A stretch of DNA of 64,000 nt, from the NCBI RefSeq assembly GCF_000143415.4, contig NW_003314287.1, positions 890,203 through 954,202 of the forward strand, given 5' to 3'. The notes beneath the pieces were generated by a model. The model was not told the origin of the DNA and did not search any database. It was given only the letters and a program-made list of their open reading frames with translations. Shown here piece after piece: positions 34,300 to 46,948 of the stretch. A program made the position numbers and the translations under genes. Source of the stretch: Selaginella moellendorffii (taxonomy: Eukaryota; Plantae; Lycopodiophyta). Numbering within the stretch: position 1 is the stretch's first letter; each line of letters opens with the position of its first letter.

Positions 34300-35110
34300 T
34301 TACACAAGCGGGGCCATGACCAAGAGAAAGAAAGCGTTTCATGAAAAAGAGAATTTCATGACCAGGAGATGGAAAAGAAAAGAAAAAACGTACCAGAGGA
34401 GTATAAATACAATGATGTGGTTCTCACGACTTCTCAATTTAAGCACCAAATCTCTTTTAACCAGTAAAGATGATTTCTTTGTCCTGTGGAAAGGTATATA
34501 ACGAATCTTTGCAATCTTTTGAGAGAGTCGTGGCCTGGGTGAACCCCGATTTGCTCCAAAAAAAACAAATGAAAAACTTAGTGCTACTTGGTTTTAATTT
34601 TTGTGGGAGTACCTCCGTAAGGAGGCGTTCCAAAAATTTTGATATGCCGATATTATGTGGCCAGCACACGGTATTCTTTAGTAAAAGGCGAAAGAATAGT
34701 TCGCTCTGCGCTGACCACACGGCCTGTGTGATTCAATCCACTTCTTCGATCGCTTTATATACTCATCCATAGGCTTGAAGCTAAGCTCCGGCATGTGGGA
34801 TAACTCCACAAGCCCTAGGTCATCGTACACCCTAGAAGCATATTCTCCGAATGGTTTTTTCAAACATAATAGTGTTTTTAGTTTGTTTTTTTATAAAGAG
34901 GTGCATCTGTAATTCGCATCCACTTGAGAACATCTTTCGGATGAAGATTTTCAACGGTTCACAATAATGGAGATCAAAATAGTCAGATTCTTTGGCCTGG
35001 AGAAGAGCCTCCACTGAACTGGGGACCCAGCCAGTCTTCCACAGGATGCTTTCTTTCGTCACACTGGCCTCTTGGTCCTCGAGATCTAGGAAATAATTTC
35101 TTTTTCCTGC
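34300..35110 (-). pseudogene. Frameshifted coding relic, possibly a Crinkler (CRN)-like restriction-endonuclease-fold protein
   Basis: Three overlapping ORF pieces (34832-35122, 34678-34863, 34457-34720) join into one protein-like sequence with LKIFIRKMF...LFIKK..KKPFGEY..V...GL and KSGFTQAT. Confidence 0.35.
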
Positions 35111-35226
35111 AAAAGGAAACAAGAAGAGTTGAATGCTGTACCACAGAAAACGACGAGCTTACGCTGAGCTGAATGCGGCCTCCCGTTAAACACCATCCTG
35201 TTTCACTCTCTCCCCGCTTACCTGCC

Positions 35227-35373
35227 GATGACGTGGCATCAGGCCCTCTTTTTGTTTTATCTCCAGCGCACTCCCTCTCCCGTCTGTCGCCGCTGCGCAC
35301 TCCCGCCCGCACTCCCACCCGCCCCCGCACGTCCGCCCGCGCCCAGCGTGCGCCCTAATTACTTCCACGTGGC
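35227..35373. promoter_or_regulatory. G-box/ABRE-containing GC-rich promoter-like segment
   Basis: TGACGTGGCA (~35229), CCACGTGGCC (~35365) and three CGCACTCCC repeats. Confidence 0.4.
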
Positions 35374-35788
35374 CACAGCCCCAACTCTTGGCCAAATTTT
35401 AATCAGCGCGCCCTGTTCCACCATAATTGACCTAAAAACGTTTTTGTTTCTTTTATGATCGTTTATGTTTCCGGCAGGCTGGTCTTGTGCTTCGCTGCTA
35501 CTGAGAAAGGAAACTGTGATCAGGAAGGAATAACGAAAGACAAAACTATCTTCCTTAAAACTCTTAACACCTCATTTTTACAATGTTTACTAAGCTCTGG
35601 CACCCCGGATTGTGTGCTGTTCATAGGGATAAATTAAAGCTCGAAGGATTGGTTCCGTGTAAAATCTTCCACTTAGATTTTGGCATGTGGAAAGCAATAA
35701 AACTTAGATCTTGTAATAAATCCCTTTATCCCCCTAATATCCACATAGAAATTAGGGTTTAGGGCCACCGTCCTCTTCTTTTAGGGCA

Positions 35789-37099
35789 ATGCAGTCCACT
35801 GCAAGGTGGAACGCGCCAAGCAGCCACCATATCCTCCTCACTGGAATTCTCGCCACAGGCACCGCCGCCATCTCCAGCAAGCGCCTAAAGCTTCGCGTTG
35901 TCACCTCCCAAGCGCCAGCTTCTCCTTCCTCGCAAGCCATGGATTCTCCACATAGACCTCAAGCCATGGATTCTCCACAGAGACGTCAGGTAAGAGCTCT
36001 CTCACTGATCCTCTCTCTCTTTTGTTTCTTATTGCCATTGGATCTTAACAGGAGTCTGGCAAATTGGCAGGCTCAGTGGTCGCGCTTGGGAAGTTCGATG
36101 CCTTACACATTGGCCACCGATCTCTGGCCGAGCAAGCTTCACGAATGGGGCCTCCGGTTGTTCTCTCTTTCACGGGAATGGGAGAAATCCTTGGCTGGGA
36201 CAAGAGGTAACTTGTTGCTGGAAATTCTTGTTGGTCCATATCAAGCTTTGAGTTTTTCTCTTCTCGCGCAGATTGCCAGTCGTTGCTCCTTGTGATCGAG
36301 CGCGAGTCATGCTCTTGTGGAGCGCTCAATGCTCGGGTCTAACTCCGGATGAATTCTCGCTCGAGTTTGGCAAAGTTCGTCATCTGAGTCCACAACAGTT
36401 TGTGGAGAAGCTGGCAGTGGAGCTCCGAGTGAAAGGCGTCGTCGCTGGTAAATAGCACTTGTCAGTTCTTCCATCTCCGGAAAAATGAGATTCTTACCTG
36501 GTGCGTGCAAATTCACGACGTTGTTCGCAGGCGAGAACTACCGCTTTGGATACAAGGCAGCAGGGGACTCATCAGAGCTCAAGAAACTTTGCAAGGAATG
36601 GGGGCTGGACGTCTTTGTGGTGGAAGCTGTGATGGACAAGTTCGACCAAGCGCCATCGTCAGTGCAAGGCGATGCCAGAGACCGGGGTCAGGTGTCGTCG
36701 ACCAGGGTAAGAAAAGCTCTAGCTGATGGTAACATGAAGAGAGTCACAAACTTGCTCGGGAGGAACCACCGGTTGTTCATGACACTTGACAATGCAACGA
36801 GGATACAGATCGAGAGCGAAGAACAAGACCATGAAGAACAAAGAGAGAAACGAGTGCTCTACAAGGTACCTCTCTCAGACTCATGCAACCAGTATCCAGC
36901 ACAGGGATCGTATCGGTGCAAGGTAGCGTTTCAGGGGCTGGGACAGCAACAACAGACTTGGAATGGAAATGGTGGTGCGCTTGAGCGCTCCTGGGAATGC
37001 GATGTCGAGATAACAGAGGACGAAGCTAGAATCTGGGACTTGGAAACGCCAGAGAGCCTGGAACGGCGACAGGGATTTGTGAGTATAGAATTCCGGTAG
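35789..37099 (+). CDS. RIBF: FAD synthetase (FMN adenylyltransferase, plant RibF-type), probably plastid-targeted
   Basis: [14 protein letters not shown]; [10 protein letters not shown]; [16 protein letters not shown]; [10 protein letters not shown]. Introns start at ~35990, ~36207 and ~36448; the N-terminus is transit-peptide-like. Confidence 0.9.
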
Positions 37100-37191
37100 T
37101 AAAGTGACACTCTTACAAACTCTGGCGGTCCAGCGTGGCGGTGGGTTGTCCAGAGTGGCACTTCTAGTGGCACAGAGGCTCCACCATATCC

Positions 37192-38094
37192 ATGCAAACG
37201 TTGGCTAGCCCCCAAAATCTGAGCTCCTATTGGCCTCTCCATCTCCTTATCTTTTCCTGTGAACTCCGCCAAGTTAGTAGCAGTAGCAGCAAGGTTGCGG
37301 GCTTACCATTCTCAAGGTTTGGAGCTCAGGAGCTCCCCCTTTCTCCTCAAGAGATGTCGACCAGTATCTCCTCCAGCCAGTGTCATTCAATGCTGGATCC
37401 CAGGCAGAGGTACGCAGTCGACTTCTATGGTGGCTCCTCCAGATTTGCTCGCAGTAGCCACAGCAGCCGGGTGTGTAGCTATAACCGGCCTTGTTATTCC
37501 TCCATAGCTTCATCCTCCACCCGGCTTGCAGCCGCTTCGTCGTTGCGAGCAACAGCGGTCGACCAGGAAGAGCTCTCGCTGGATTCGTCGGGTGTCTCGT
37601 ACCAAGTGCTGAAACAAAGATTGGAAGCCGGTGAGTGGGAAGCAGCAGACGAGGAAACTCGACGACTTCTCTACGTTTTAGCCGGTGAAGCTGCCGCCAA
37701 GCGGAAGTGGGTCTACTTTTCCGAAGCAAAGTTCATCCCGGCCAGGGACCTTCAAACGCTCGACAGTCTCTGGAGGCAGTACAGCGGCAACAAGTTTGGA
37801 TACAGCGTCCAGCGGCGGATCTGGAAGAGCGTCGCGTCGAACTGGAGCTTGTTCTTCCGGAAAGTCGGGTGGACGAGGCCACTGGACGAGAAGAACGACG
37901 CTTACAGGAAGTTCCCTGTCGAGTTCATGTGGGACGTTGCAAAGCCGACTCCGGATGGTCACTTGCCCCTGACGAACTGCTTGCGGGGAACGCAGCTACT
38001 TCAGGCGATTCTCTTGCATCCTGCATTTGATGAAATCGAGAAGCAGGAAGGAATGACCAGCAATCTCACCGGTTCTTCTTCCACTCTCTTGTGA
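37192..38094 (+). CDS. GUN4: GUN4 tetrapyrrole-binding Mg-chelatase activator
   Basis: ADEETRRLL..LAGEAA.KR..VYFSE; DL.TLD.LW..YS..KFGYSVQRRIW; P.GHLPLTN.LRGTQLL..IL.HPAF. The likely start is ATG 37354. Confidence 0.96.
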   Translation: MQTLASPQNLSSYWPLHLLIFSCELRQVSSSSSKVAGLPFSRFGAQELPLSPQEMSTSISSSQCHSMLDPRQRYAVDFYGGSSRFARSSHSSRVCSYNRPCYSSIASSSTRLAAASSLRATAVDQEELSLDSSGVSYQVLKQRLEAGEWEAADEETRRLLYVLAGEAAAKRKWVYFSEAKFIPARDLQTLDSLWRQYSGNKFGYSVQRRIWKSVASNWSLFFRKVGWTRPLDEKNDAYRKFPVEFMWDVAKPTPDGHLPLTNCLRGTQLLQAILLHPAFDEIEKQEGMTSNLTGSSSTLL

Positions 38095-38257
38095 CCATTA
38101 TCCTCTTCCGGCGAGCGTATGGCTGTCACGTAATCGCCATTGATTATTTATGCTGATAGAGTTTTACTTCCATCTTTGCACCGAAGCGAGCGAGCAAAAG
38201 ACGAATAAAGACGTGACATAAACTTACAAATGTTCTTAAACCAAAGCGTTGTTCTTA

Positions 38258-39091
38258 TCAAGGGTCGCTTCGTGAAGGCTTCAAGGACTTGGTAAACACC
38301 TGCGTAGAAGATAAGAACATTGACAAAGTCCAGATATGGAAAATGGAAGTTTACCATCCCTGGGCTCGGCTCCCAGTCATTTGTAGCTGGATTGCTTTTG
38401 TAGCAGGGTCTGGAGCGATTCACTACCACCCTATGAGCATCAAGAACTTCAGGAGAAGTGCCACCATTTTTCTCGATAGCAATGAAACCATTGCCAGTCT
38501 AGAGAGGAAAGAATCAGATGACAAACTCTTGGAAAACACTCGGAAAACTTGGAACGTACGGTGTAGTGTTGAGAATCGCAGCCAACAGAGTTGAGCCCCT
38601 TGTAGTACTCGTTCTCTGCATAATCGTCGCTGCTCAGAACACCCATGCCATTCGGAAGACGCTGCACAAAACCACGAACAGCATCAAGACAAAGAGAAAA
38701 AATCCACGGCCTCCGGAAGATTGCATTAGCTACTCCTAAGAAATGCGAATCAAAGCTAGCAAACAAACAATCGCGCACAAACATTTTCAAAAACCCCAAC
38801 CGGAAGGAATCGATCGAAATATCGCACCTCGGATGCGGCCAGTAGCTGCCGCAAGCGCTGCTCCTCGGGACTGATCACCGGCCCTCCATCGCAGCTCCAA
38901 GGCTGATCCGATCCTCCCTCGCTCCGCGCAGGCTTTGGCGCTCGCCTCGGCGCCGATGAATCGAAATGCTCGCGGACTAGCGCCGCCAGGCGCGATTGCT
39001 CCTCGGGCGACAAGAGATCATCACTCCGGCTGGGCTTGCCAGACTCCATCACTCGGCCCTTTCCAACCCTTTTAGAATAACTATTTTCCAT
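38258..39091 (-). CDS. MEE59-like small conserved plant protein
   Basis: Four exons; KPSRSD..LS, APRRAPKPARSE, ENEYYKGLNS....HYTTGNGFI, YKSNPATNDW, C-terminal KPSRSDP. Confidence 0.8.
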
Positions 39092-39259
39092 TCTTTTAGT
39101 ACTACCTAGAAGGCTGGTTTTCCAATTGGACTACAGTACCTCTGTAAGAACAGACTATTACATTACTATTACATTGGCAAGAACAAATCTTACATTGGCT
39201 CAGCAGCTTTTTAGACAAGCTCTCAAAATCTGAGCGGCGCTCACAGTGACCCTCGACTC

Positions 39260-42200
39260 TCACTTGTTCTTGAGATCCGTGAGTGCCTCTTTGGTTGCGG
39301 CGGACACTACCGCGTCGGAAGCGTTTGGAAGATAGTAGTACTTTCCTGAAAGAACAAGTTCCAAGGTTTCCTTGTTGCTACTACATGTAACTCGAGATCT
39401 CTCACCTTGAGCAAGTCGCGCAATCTCTTTAGCAAACCCAGTGGAGATGAACTTGTTCTCTGTGTCGATCACCAGCAGTGACATCCCTGTTTTGTAAATC
39501 TTTCCAGCGATGTCTTTGATCTCATCCTGTGAAGAAGTAGCGTTAATGCTTGATGTAAGTTGGACTCAAGCTTATGTATGCTGTGTACCTTGAGTTCCTG
39601 CTGCGATGGCCTGGGAGCGTCTGGAGCAATAGCTTCCGGGTCTCCGGTAGACTTTTTCAGCGAGACATTTGCCCGGCCGTCAGTGATGGCAACGATCATT
39701 ATCCGTCCAACATCTCCACTCTTTTCAGCATTTAGGCCCACTCTCACAGCCTGCAATGAAAGGGAAGTCCAAACTTATCATCGACAAAACTCTACAAGCT
39801 TTTAGTTACCGTGCTCAGACCATGAGCCAAAGGAGAACCACCACCGCAGGGCAACCTCTCTAGCCTCTTTCTTGCCATGGCAATCGAGCGCGATGGTGGA
39901 AGTAAGACTTCAGCGGCATCGCCTCGGAAAGGGATGATAGAAACCTGTTACAAATGCTTCCATGAAAATGAAGAAATCTCGATCTTGTAACTTAGTACCT
40001 GATCCCGGCTCGTATAGCTGTCAGCAAGTAATTGCATTGCCGCTCCTTTAGCATTGTTCATACGATTCAGCGCCATACTTCCACTTGCATCCACCACGAA
40101 AATCACCTGTAGGATAAAACTGAGCATCGAGTTGTTTGCTTTGCATGGGACGTACCAAAGCACCAGCCTTGCGGGCCATTCGTTTTGCACGCATGTCTGA
40201 CTGCTCTACGTAAACTTTCCTGGAGACACCCTGCTCGAGTGCTCTTTGCTTGCGTAGCTTTTGATATGGAGCAGCAGCTCTCAACGTTGCATCCACGGCC
40301 AGCCGCCTGACGGGACCCTGGACGAATGCGTCAAGTAAGTGCAACAATGAAAATCCACGCCTACCTTAGGAAGCATTGGTTTGATATAGCGGCCTCTATC
40401 CTCCGAGAAGATGACATTCTTTGCACGTCCGGCTTTTCCTTTTCGACGCTGGGCTTGCTGTGCAAAGAAAAGCAGCTGGGAGTCTACAAGCCCCCCTTCA
40501 GCATCGAAAATGAACTCTTCAGGAACTTGCTCCTGTTGTTGCTCATCACTCTCGTCATCGTCCTCCTGTCATTTACTTTCAGAATAAAAGTCAGGAATCA
40601 CTTGTTATTGTTGTGGCCTTACTTCTTCGTCGTCTTCCTCGTCTTTATCCTGATCTTCCTGTTGATTCTGTGGAGGCGGGGGAGGCGGTGGCGGAGGTGA
40701 CTGATTGTTCGGCTGCTCTGGTGCGTCTTGCAATGTGGAGCGAGGAATGATCACAAGTTCGACCTGCAGTGTCAACATTGGTTATTTGACAATATCATGC
40801 TGCATATGAAACGTACAGCTTTTTTCAAGTCGTCGACGCCAACTTTGTCTCGGCCATCTAAGGCCGCCAATGCCTTGGCGACTCTGACAGCACCAATTTC
40901 CGCACGATGCCCCTGTGAGCAGTTCAACTACTTTTCAATTGCAGGAAAAACAGGGACTACCTGACAGCCGCCACGAATGGCTTCCATGACGAGATACTTC
41001 GTTTGCTCTCTACCTATTGTTACATCTTTGAGCCACTCCCTAGCATATATTATCTGACAAAAACAAAAAATGAAATCAGGAACATTTCCAAGAGGTTTGG
41101 CGAACCTGTGTTCTTGCGGACTCAGTTGCTTCTGCGGAGTTTGACATAACCAGTCTCGAACTCTCTTGAAACTGAGTTGCAATATCGACTGCTGAAACTC
41201 GGTCCTCAAACTCAAGTGCGGCATCAGCACTGCAGTGAAAACTACTTTAGAAAGAAAGGAAACAGCAAACTATATAGGTACCTGAGATTTATAGAAATAC
41301 GATCTAGCAGATGCTCCCTAACAGCGCCTTCCTCCGGGTTGTAAGTTGCAATGAGGAGCGGCTTACAAGGGTGGCGAAAGCTCACACCCTCCCTCTCGAC
41401 CACGTTGACCCCTTCAGTCAGCACGTTGAGCAGAAGATTGCTAATGCCTTCGTCCAAAAGATTGATCTCGTCCACGTAAAGTACTCCGCGATGAGCCTGA
41501 GCAAGCAGCCCCGGCTGAAAGACAGTGGTTCCCTGCTTGATCGACTCCTCCACGTCCACCGAGCCCAGCAAACGATCCTCTGTAACACCGAGTGGCACCT
41601 GAAAGATCAAATAAGAGGAACTCCTCCAAAAACTCGCGAGTTACCTGCACGAAAGGTGCTTTGACAACTTCGACCACGGGCTTGCCATCGCTGCCTAGAG
41701 CGATTTTCTCTTCCAGACCATCTTCCCATCTGCAACAACGAGAAAAACAAACAATGACAAGAATTTTTTTCGAGCTCGCAGAGAAAAAACTTACTCCTCG
41801 CTATGAGATGGATCGGCATTCGCGATGGAGCCAGCGACAATCTCTATAGGCGGAAGTAGTGCGTGTAGGCCGCGAGCTAAGACAGTCTTGGCAGTCCCGC
41901 GTCGACCAGCAACCGCAATTCCGCCAATGCCATTGTCCACAGCTCCCAGAAGCAATGCGGCCTTGATAGCTTCCTGCCAAGAATCCATCCGGACGGCTTG
42001 AAAATCTACATCCTCGCGCAGGAAAGGAAGAAAGAAGGACCTACTTGGCCGACGACCGCTGCCAGGGGAAAATACTGTCGTCCATAGCTCGGCGCCGCAT
42101 CGTCTTTGTCAAGAACGACAGTGGCGGCTCCATTTCCTCCCGCTGCTGCTCGTACACGCCAGGACCGGGGCCGTGGATTTACCTCCCTGCGCTGCATTCT

Positions 42201-42266
42201 TCCATTCCACTCGATCCTCGCGCAGGATCTTGCGTGCGCGGGCGCCATTGCCATGGCCAAGGCCAT
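39260..42266 (-). CDS. CHLD: Magnesium chelatase subunit D
   Basis: Multi-exon; [29 protein letters not shown], poly-Pro/acidic linker, v[28 protein letters not shown]. Confidence 0.98.
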
Positions 42267-42441
42267 CCTCTTTGAAATTTAAACCTAGTTTAAACCTTCA
42301 CGTTACGATATAAAGATAGAATTTTGGTGGATTTTATAAATAGAGGCTTTTACTTGGAATAGTTGTCTAAGATTATAGTGATCTGAAGTATAAAAGGCAG
42401 GGCATTTGTTTTACGAATATTGGTGTTTGGAAGCAAGGGCG

Positions 42442-43707
42442 ATGGCAGCTTTTCTTATCATTTTCTTTGTGGCGTTTGCTGCGAGTTTGTTTGTGCCTTC
42501 TCAGCAAGCAAATTCTTCAGTTCAAGCTTCATCCGTTCCAGCGTTGTTTGCATTTGGAGACTCTCTAGTGGATTCTGGTGATAATGCCCATGTTGGGTAT
42601 CCATATGGTATTGATTTTCCTGGAGGCCAAGCAAGCAGATTTTGTAATGGGCGTTTGTTAGTTGAATATATTGGTAAGTAATCATTAATTTCCTGTTATT
42701 TTAACATTGTTTCTTTTCTATTTTCTTTTTATCCAGCATCACATCTGGGACTACCAATCCCACCTGCTTATCTTCAATCTGGAAACAATATTCTTAAAGG
42801 AGCTAATTTTGGTTCTGCTGGATCTGGAATTCTTCCACAAACAGTAATGGTAAATGTTTTTTATTTTTAATATTTTATTAGTTTATTTGTAATCTTAATC
42901 TGTTGGTAATTTTAAAGGGAGGAGGGCAAGCTCTTGGAAGTCAGATTAATGACTTTCAAAGCTTGAAACAGAAAATGGTTCAAATGATTGGATCATCTAA
43001 TGCAAGTGATGTGGTTGCAAAATCTATATTTTATATCTGCTCTGGAAATAATGATATAAATAATATGTATCAACGAACAAAGAGAATTCTTCAATCAGAT
43101 GAGCAAATAGTTATTAATACTTTTATTAATGAACTTCAGGTATATATATTATAGTTATTCCTTTTCTAATTTTTCTTAATAATATTTTAATTGCAGACAT
43201 TATATAATTTGGGTGCTAGAAAATTTGTTATAGTTGGATTAAGTGCTGTTGGATGCATTCCATTAAATATAGTTGGAGGACAGTGTGCATCTATTGCTCA
43301 ACAAGGTGCACAAACCTATAATAATTTGCTTCAATCAGCTCTTCAAAACTTGAGAAATTCTTTGAAAGATGCTCAATTTGTGATGACAAATTTTTATGGA
43401 CTTATGGTGGATGTTCACAATAATCCACAATCTTATGGTAAAGTTTATTATTTATTTATTATTATTTTTAATGCTTTTTTGATCAACAGGTTTTACTGAT
43501 TCAAGCAGTGCTTGTTGCCCTCAAGGATCACATACCTTGAATTGCCGCCCTGGAGCAACAATTTGTGGAGATAGAACAAAATATGCTTTTTGGGATGGAA
43601 TTCATCAAACTGATGCATTTAATAGTATGGCTGCACAGAGATGGTGGACTGGAGGCACTTCTGGTGATGTTTCTCCCATTAGTATTAGCGAACTAGCATC
43701 ATCGTGA
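42442..43707 (+). CDS. GDSL esterase/lipase, secreted
   Basis: Signal peptide; FGDSLVDSG; RFCNG; GANFGSAGSG; SGNND; FWDGIH; five exons. Confidence 0.95.
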
Positions 43708-43825
43708 TGAGATCTTGATCACTTTATTATGTTCGGCAATTTATTTTTTAATAAGCATTTGATTTGATTGATTTCGAAAATTCAAAGTGATTTTGACATA
43801 GGATGGCAGAATGAATATATATGTA

Positions 43826-45176
43826 TTAAACTTCATAGCCAGGATTTACAACTTGTTGTACATCTCCGTAGGTTTCTAGCTCCAGCACATCTTCACTACT
43901 TCCTAGGAAAAGAGGCAATCGCTGGTGAAGTTCAACTGGCTGGATGTCTAAAATTCTTCTCTTTCCATCACATGCTTTACCACCAGCATCTTCCATCAAA
44001 AAACCCAATGGATTCCCTTCATACACTAGTCTCAAATGGCTGCGAGGATTCATAGCAATACCACCGTAGAGAATTGTCCTATGGACGTCTGCTACCAGTG
44101 AGCATACATACCTTGCCGAGTACTTCTTTGGAAACTGGCCTTTGCCTCTTCTAATATCATCAATGTAGCGTCGGAGTCCTTGAGGCCAATCGAAATACCT
44201 TGCATCGTTCACGGAATAGATTTGTCCTGAGAGAGGATAGCCTCAAAGTTAGCAAGCTTTTCTCCAAGGAACGAGGAAGAGAACTTCTAACGTACCTCTC
44301 TCGGGAACTTTAACGTCGGGCTTGACAAGCTTGAATTCTCCGCAAGATCTGTCCAGCATGAAGATCTGAGTTCCCTGGCCGACCGTCAAGCACAAAATGG
44401 TTGCCGACGAGTAGAGAGCGTATCCCGACGCTACAAGCCTCGAGCCACACTGGAGGACGTTAAGCTGTGCCTTTTCTTCCACTGGCAGCTTATCAGCCTC
44501 TTCCAGGCGCCTGTAGATCCCAAAGATGGTTCCAGTTGGAATGGAGGCATCGATGTTCCTGGAGCCGTCCAAAGGATCAAACACCGCCACGAACGGGCCA
44601 TGGTCGTCGATCCACACCGGGAAATCCTCTTCCTCGGACGCCACCACTGCCACCTTTCGGGAGCTCTCGAGAGATTTCTTGAGGAGCTCGTTCTGGAACA
44701 AGGAAGTCAGTCCAATAAGGAAAAAAAAACGAACGATAGAAACTTGCCGAGATTATGTCGAGTGGCTTGGGAGCGTCTCGTCCGGACGAAGGAGCTACCG
44801 AGGGAGAAGAAGAGAAAGAAGTAGAATCACTGGAAAGAATGGCCTCTGGAGAAGCCAGGAGCGCGGCGATTTCCTTGACAGCCCCCTGGAGATGGAGTAT
44901 CACAATGGCCAGATTCTCGTCCAGGCCGCTGCTCGATCCGAGATACGCCATCAAGCTCTGACACCGATTCTCGCCAAGAGCAGGAGTAGCGGATTCGTCC
45001 ACCCAGGAAGGGCTGCTCATTGTAGCAGCGATACTCACCATTCGCGAAGAAATTCCAGCTCCTCGCGACCCACAGAGAATGCGGCTCCTTCCGATCGTGG
45101 GCCTGGATTTCGCCGATCGATGCGTGCACGCGGCCGGAGGAGCGCCAAGAACGAGAGATTTAACGCAGCATTCCAT
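43826..45176 (-). CDS. Plastid fructose-1,6-bisphosphatase, redox-independent cpFBPase II-like
   Basis: ASEEED; FDPLDGSRNIDASIPTGTIFG; SARYVCSLVADVHRT; LRLVYEGNP; LHQRLPLFLGS. The 170s loop lacks the canonical regulatory Cys set. Confidence 0.93.
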
Positions 45177-45233
45177 CCGGCATTCCCCTAATGCTCTGTT
45201 TTCTAGGGTTTAAGTAGAGCTTTAGGGTTCTTC

Positions 45234-46948
45234 ATGGCAATGGAGAAGCGATCGGGGCAGGGCGGGCCGGCATTCCAGGAAGATGAGGAGATGGAGGAAG
45301 AGGACAAGGCACCGGACATGGAGGCCTGGGAGCGTGCGTACGCGGACGATCGGTCGTGGGAGTCGCTGATCGAGGATGAGTCGGGGCTGCTCAAGGCCGG
45401 GGACGATGTCCAACAGCAAAGGCAGCACCGGCGGAGGCTGATTCAAGCGTCGGGGCCTCGGATCCAGCGCGGCATCATCAGATATCTCTGCCTCATCCTC
45501 GATTTCTCCCGGGTAGGCGCCAATGCTGATACTTTCTCGTTGAGTGTGATGGAGAGGAAAGAAATATAGGCAAAATGTGTGATGCTTGGGTCATAGAATG
45601 CATCGTAGTGTGAAGTTCATCTAGTTTCCATCGTTTCTTACGGAGAAGAAGTGGTTTTTCTTTGAGTTTCTTCTTTGTTTTCATTCTTGTTTCCAGGATT
45701 TTTCCTGCTGTTCATTGGTTTACATTGAGTTTCTTCTTCGTTTCCGTTCGTGTTCAAACGCATCCAGGAGTTTTCTCGCTGTTGATTGTCTTCCGTCGTT
45801 TCTCTTTGGGAAAACTTATAGTGACTTAAGTAGTGTTTGCTTCCAGGCAGCGGGAGAGATCGATTTCCGGCCCTCGCGCATGGCAGTCGTCGCGAAAGCC
45901 GTCGAGGACTTCGTGCGGGAATACTTTGACCAAAATCCTCTCAGCCAGCTTGGGATCATAGTGATGAAGAACGGCATCGCCAGCGTGGTCACGGAACTAA
46001 GTGGCAGTCCTGAGGCACACATCCGCGCCTTGAAGTCCAACCTTGAGTCCTTTGGAGAAGCATCGCTACAAAACGGGCTCGAGCTGGCGCACACATACGT
46101 CCAGCACATCCCGTCTTACGGACACAGGGAGGTGGTGATCGTTTTCTCGGCGCTGAGCACTTGCGACCCCGGCAACATCCTCGAGACTGTCAAGAAGTGC
46201 AAGGCCGCCAGGATGAAATGCTCCGTCGTTGGCCTCACGGCAGAGATCTACATCTGCAAGCACATAAGTCAGGAAACCGGAGGATCATACGCAGTTGCTA
46301 TGAACGAGGTTCGTGTTCTTGCCTCTTTGCCTCGTCCTTCTCTAGACTTACGCGTTCATTCCAGGGACATCTCAAAGAAATACTTCTGGAGCACGTCCCT
46401 CCGCCAGCGGCAATGCCAGACGCCTCGTCTGCGAGCCTGGTGCGCATGGGATTCCCTCAGCGGGGCTCCGAAGGAGCAGTAGCGATCTGTGCGTGCCACA
46501 AGGAGCTGAGGATCGGCGGTGGCTACATCTGTCCTCGCTGCCGGGCTCGGGTGTGCGAGCTCCCGACCGAGTGTAGCCTGTGTGGCCTGGCGCTGGTTTC
46601 CTCGGCTCACTTGGCACGCTCCTACCACCATCTCTTTCCCATTCCCACCTTCGACGAGCTCCTGGTGGACGCGTCGCTCAGAGGCAAGTCGAGCTTTGCG
46701 GGGTCTTGCTTTGGATGTAGAATCCAGCTCTCTGGTAAGCTTTCCTTGTTCTTCGTTTTGCAAGCTTTCTTTCTTTCTTTTCTATGGAGGAGTGAGCTAG
46801 AAGTTTTGACAATGCAGGGGGTGGAAGCTTGAGACTGCGGTGCCCTCGCTGCAAGAGGGATTTTTGCTTCGACTGCGATGTTTACATTCACGAATCGCTA
46901 CACAATTGCCCGGGGTGCGAGACGCTGCAAGAAGAGGCCGTCACGTAG
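45234..46948 (+). CDS. GTF2H2: TFIIH subunit p44 (Ssl1)
   Basis: RGIIRYL..ILDFS; [10 protein letters not shown]; SLQNGL; TCDPG; YICPRC...CELP..C..C; [10 protein letters not shown]; C-terminal [18 protein letters not shown]. Confidence 0.96.
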
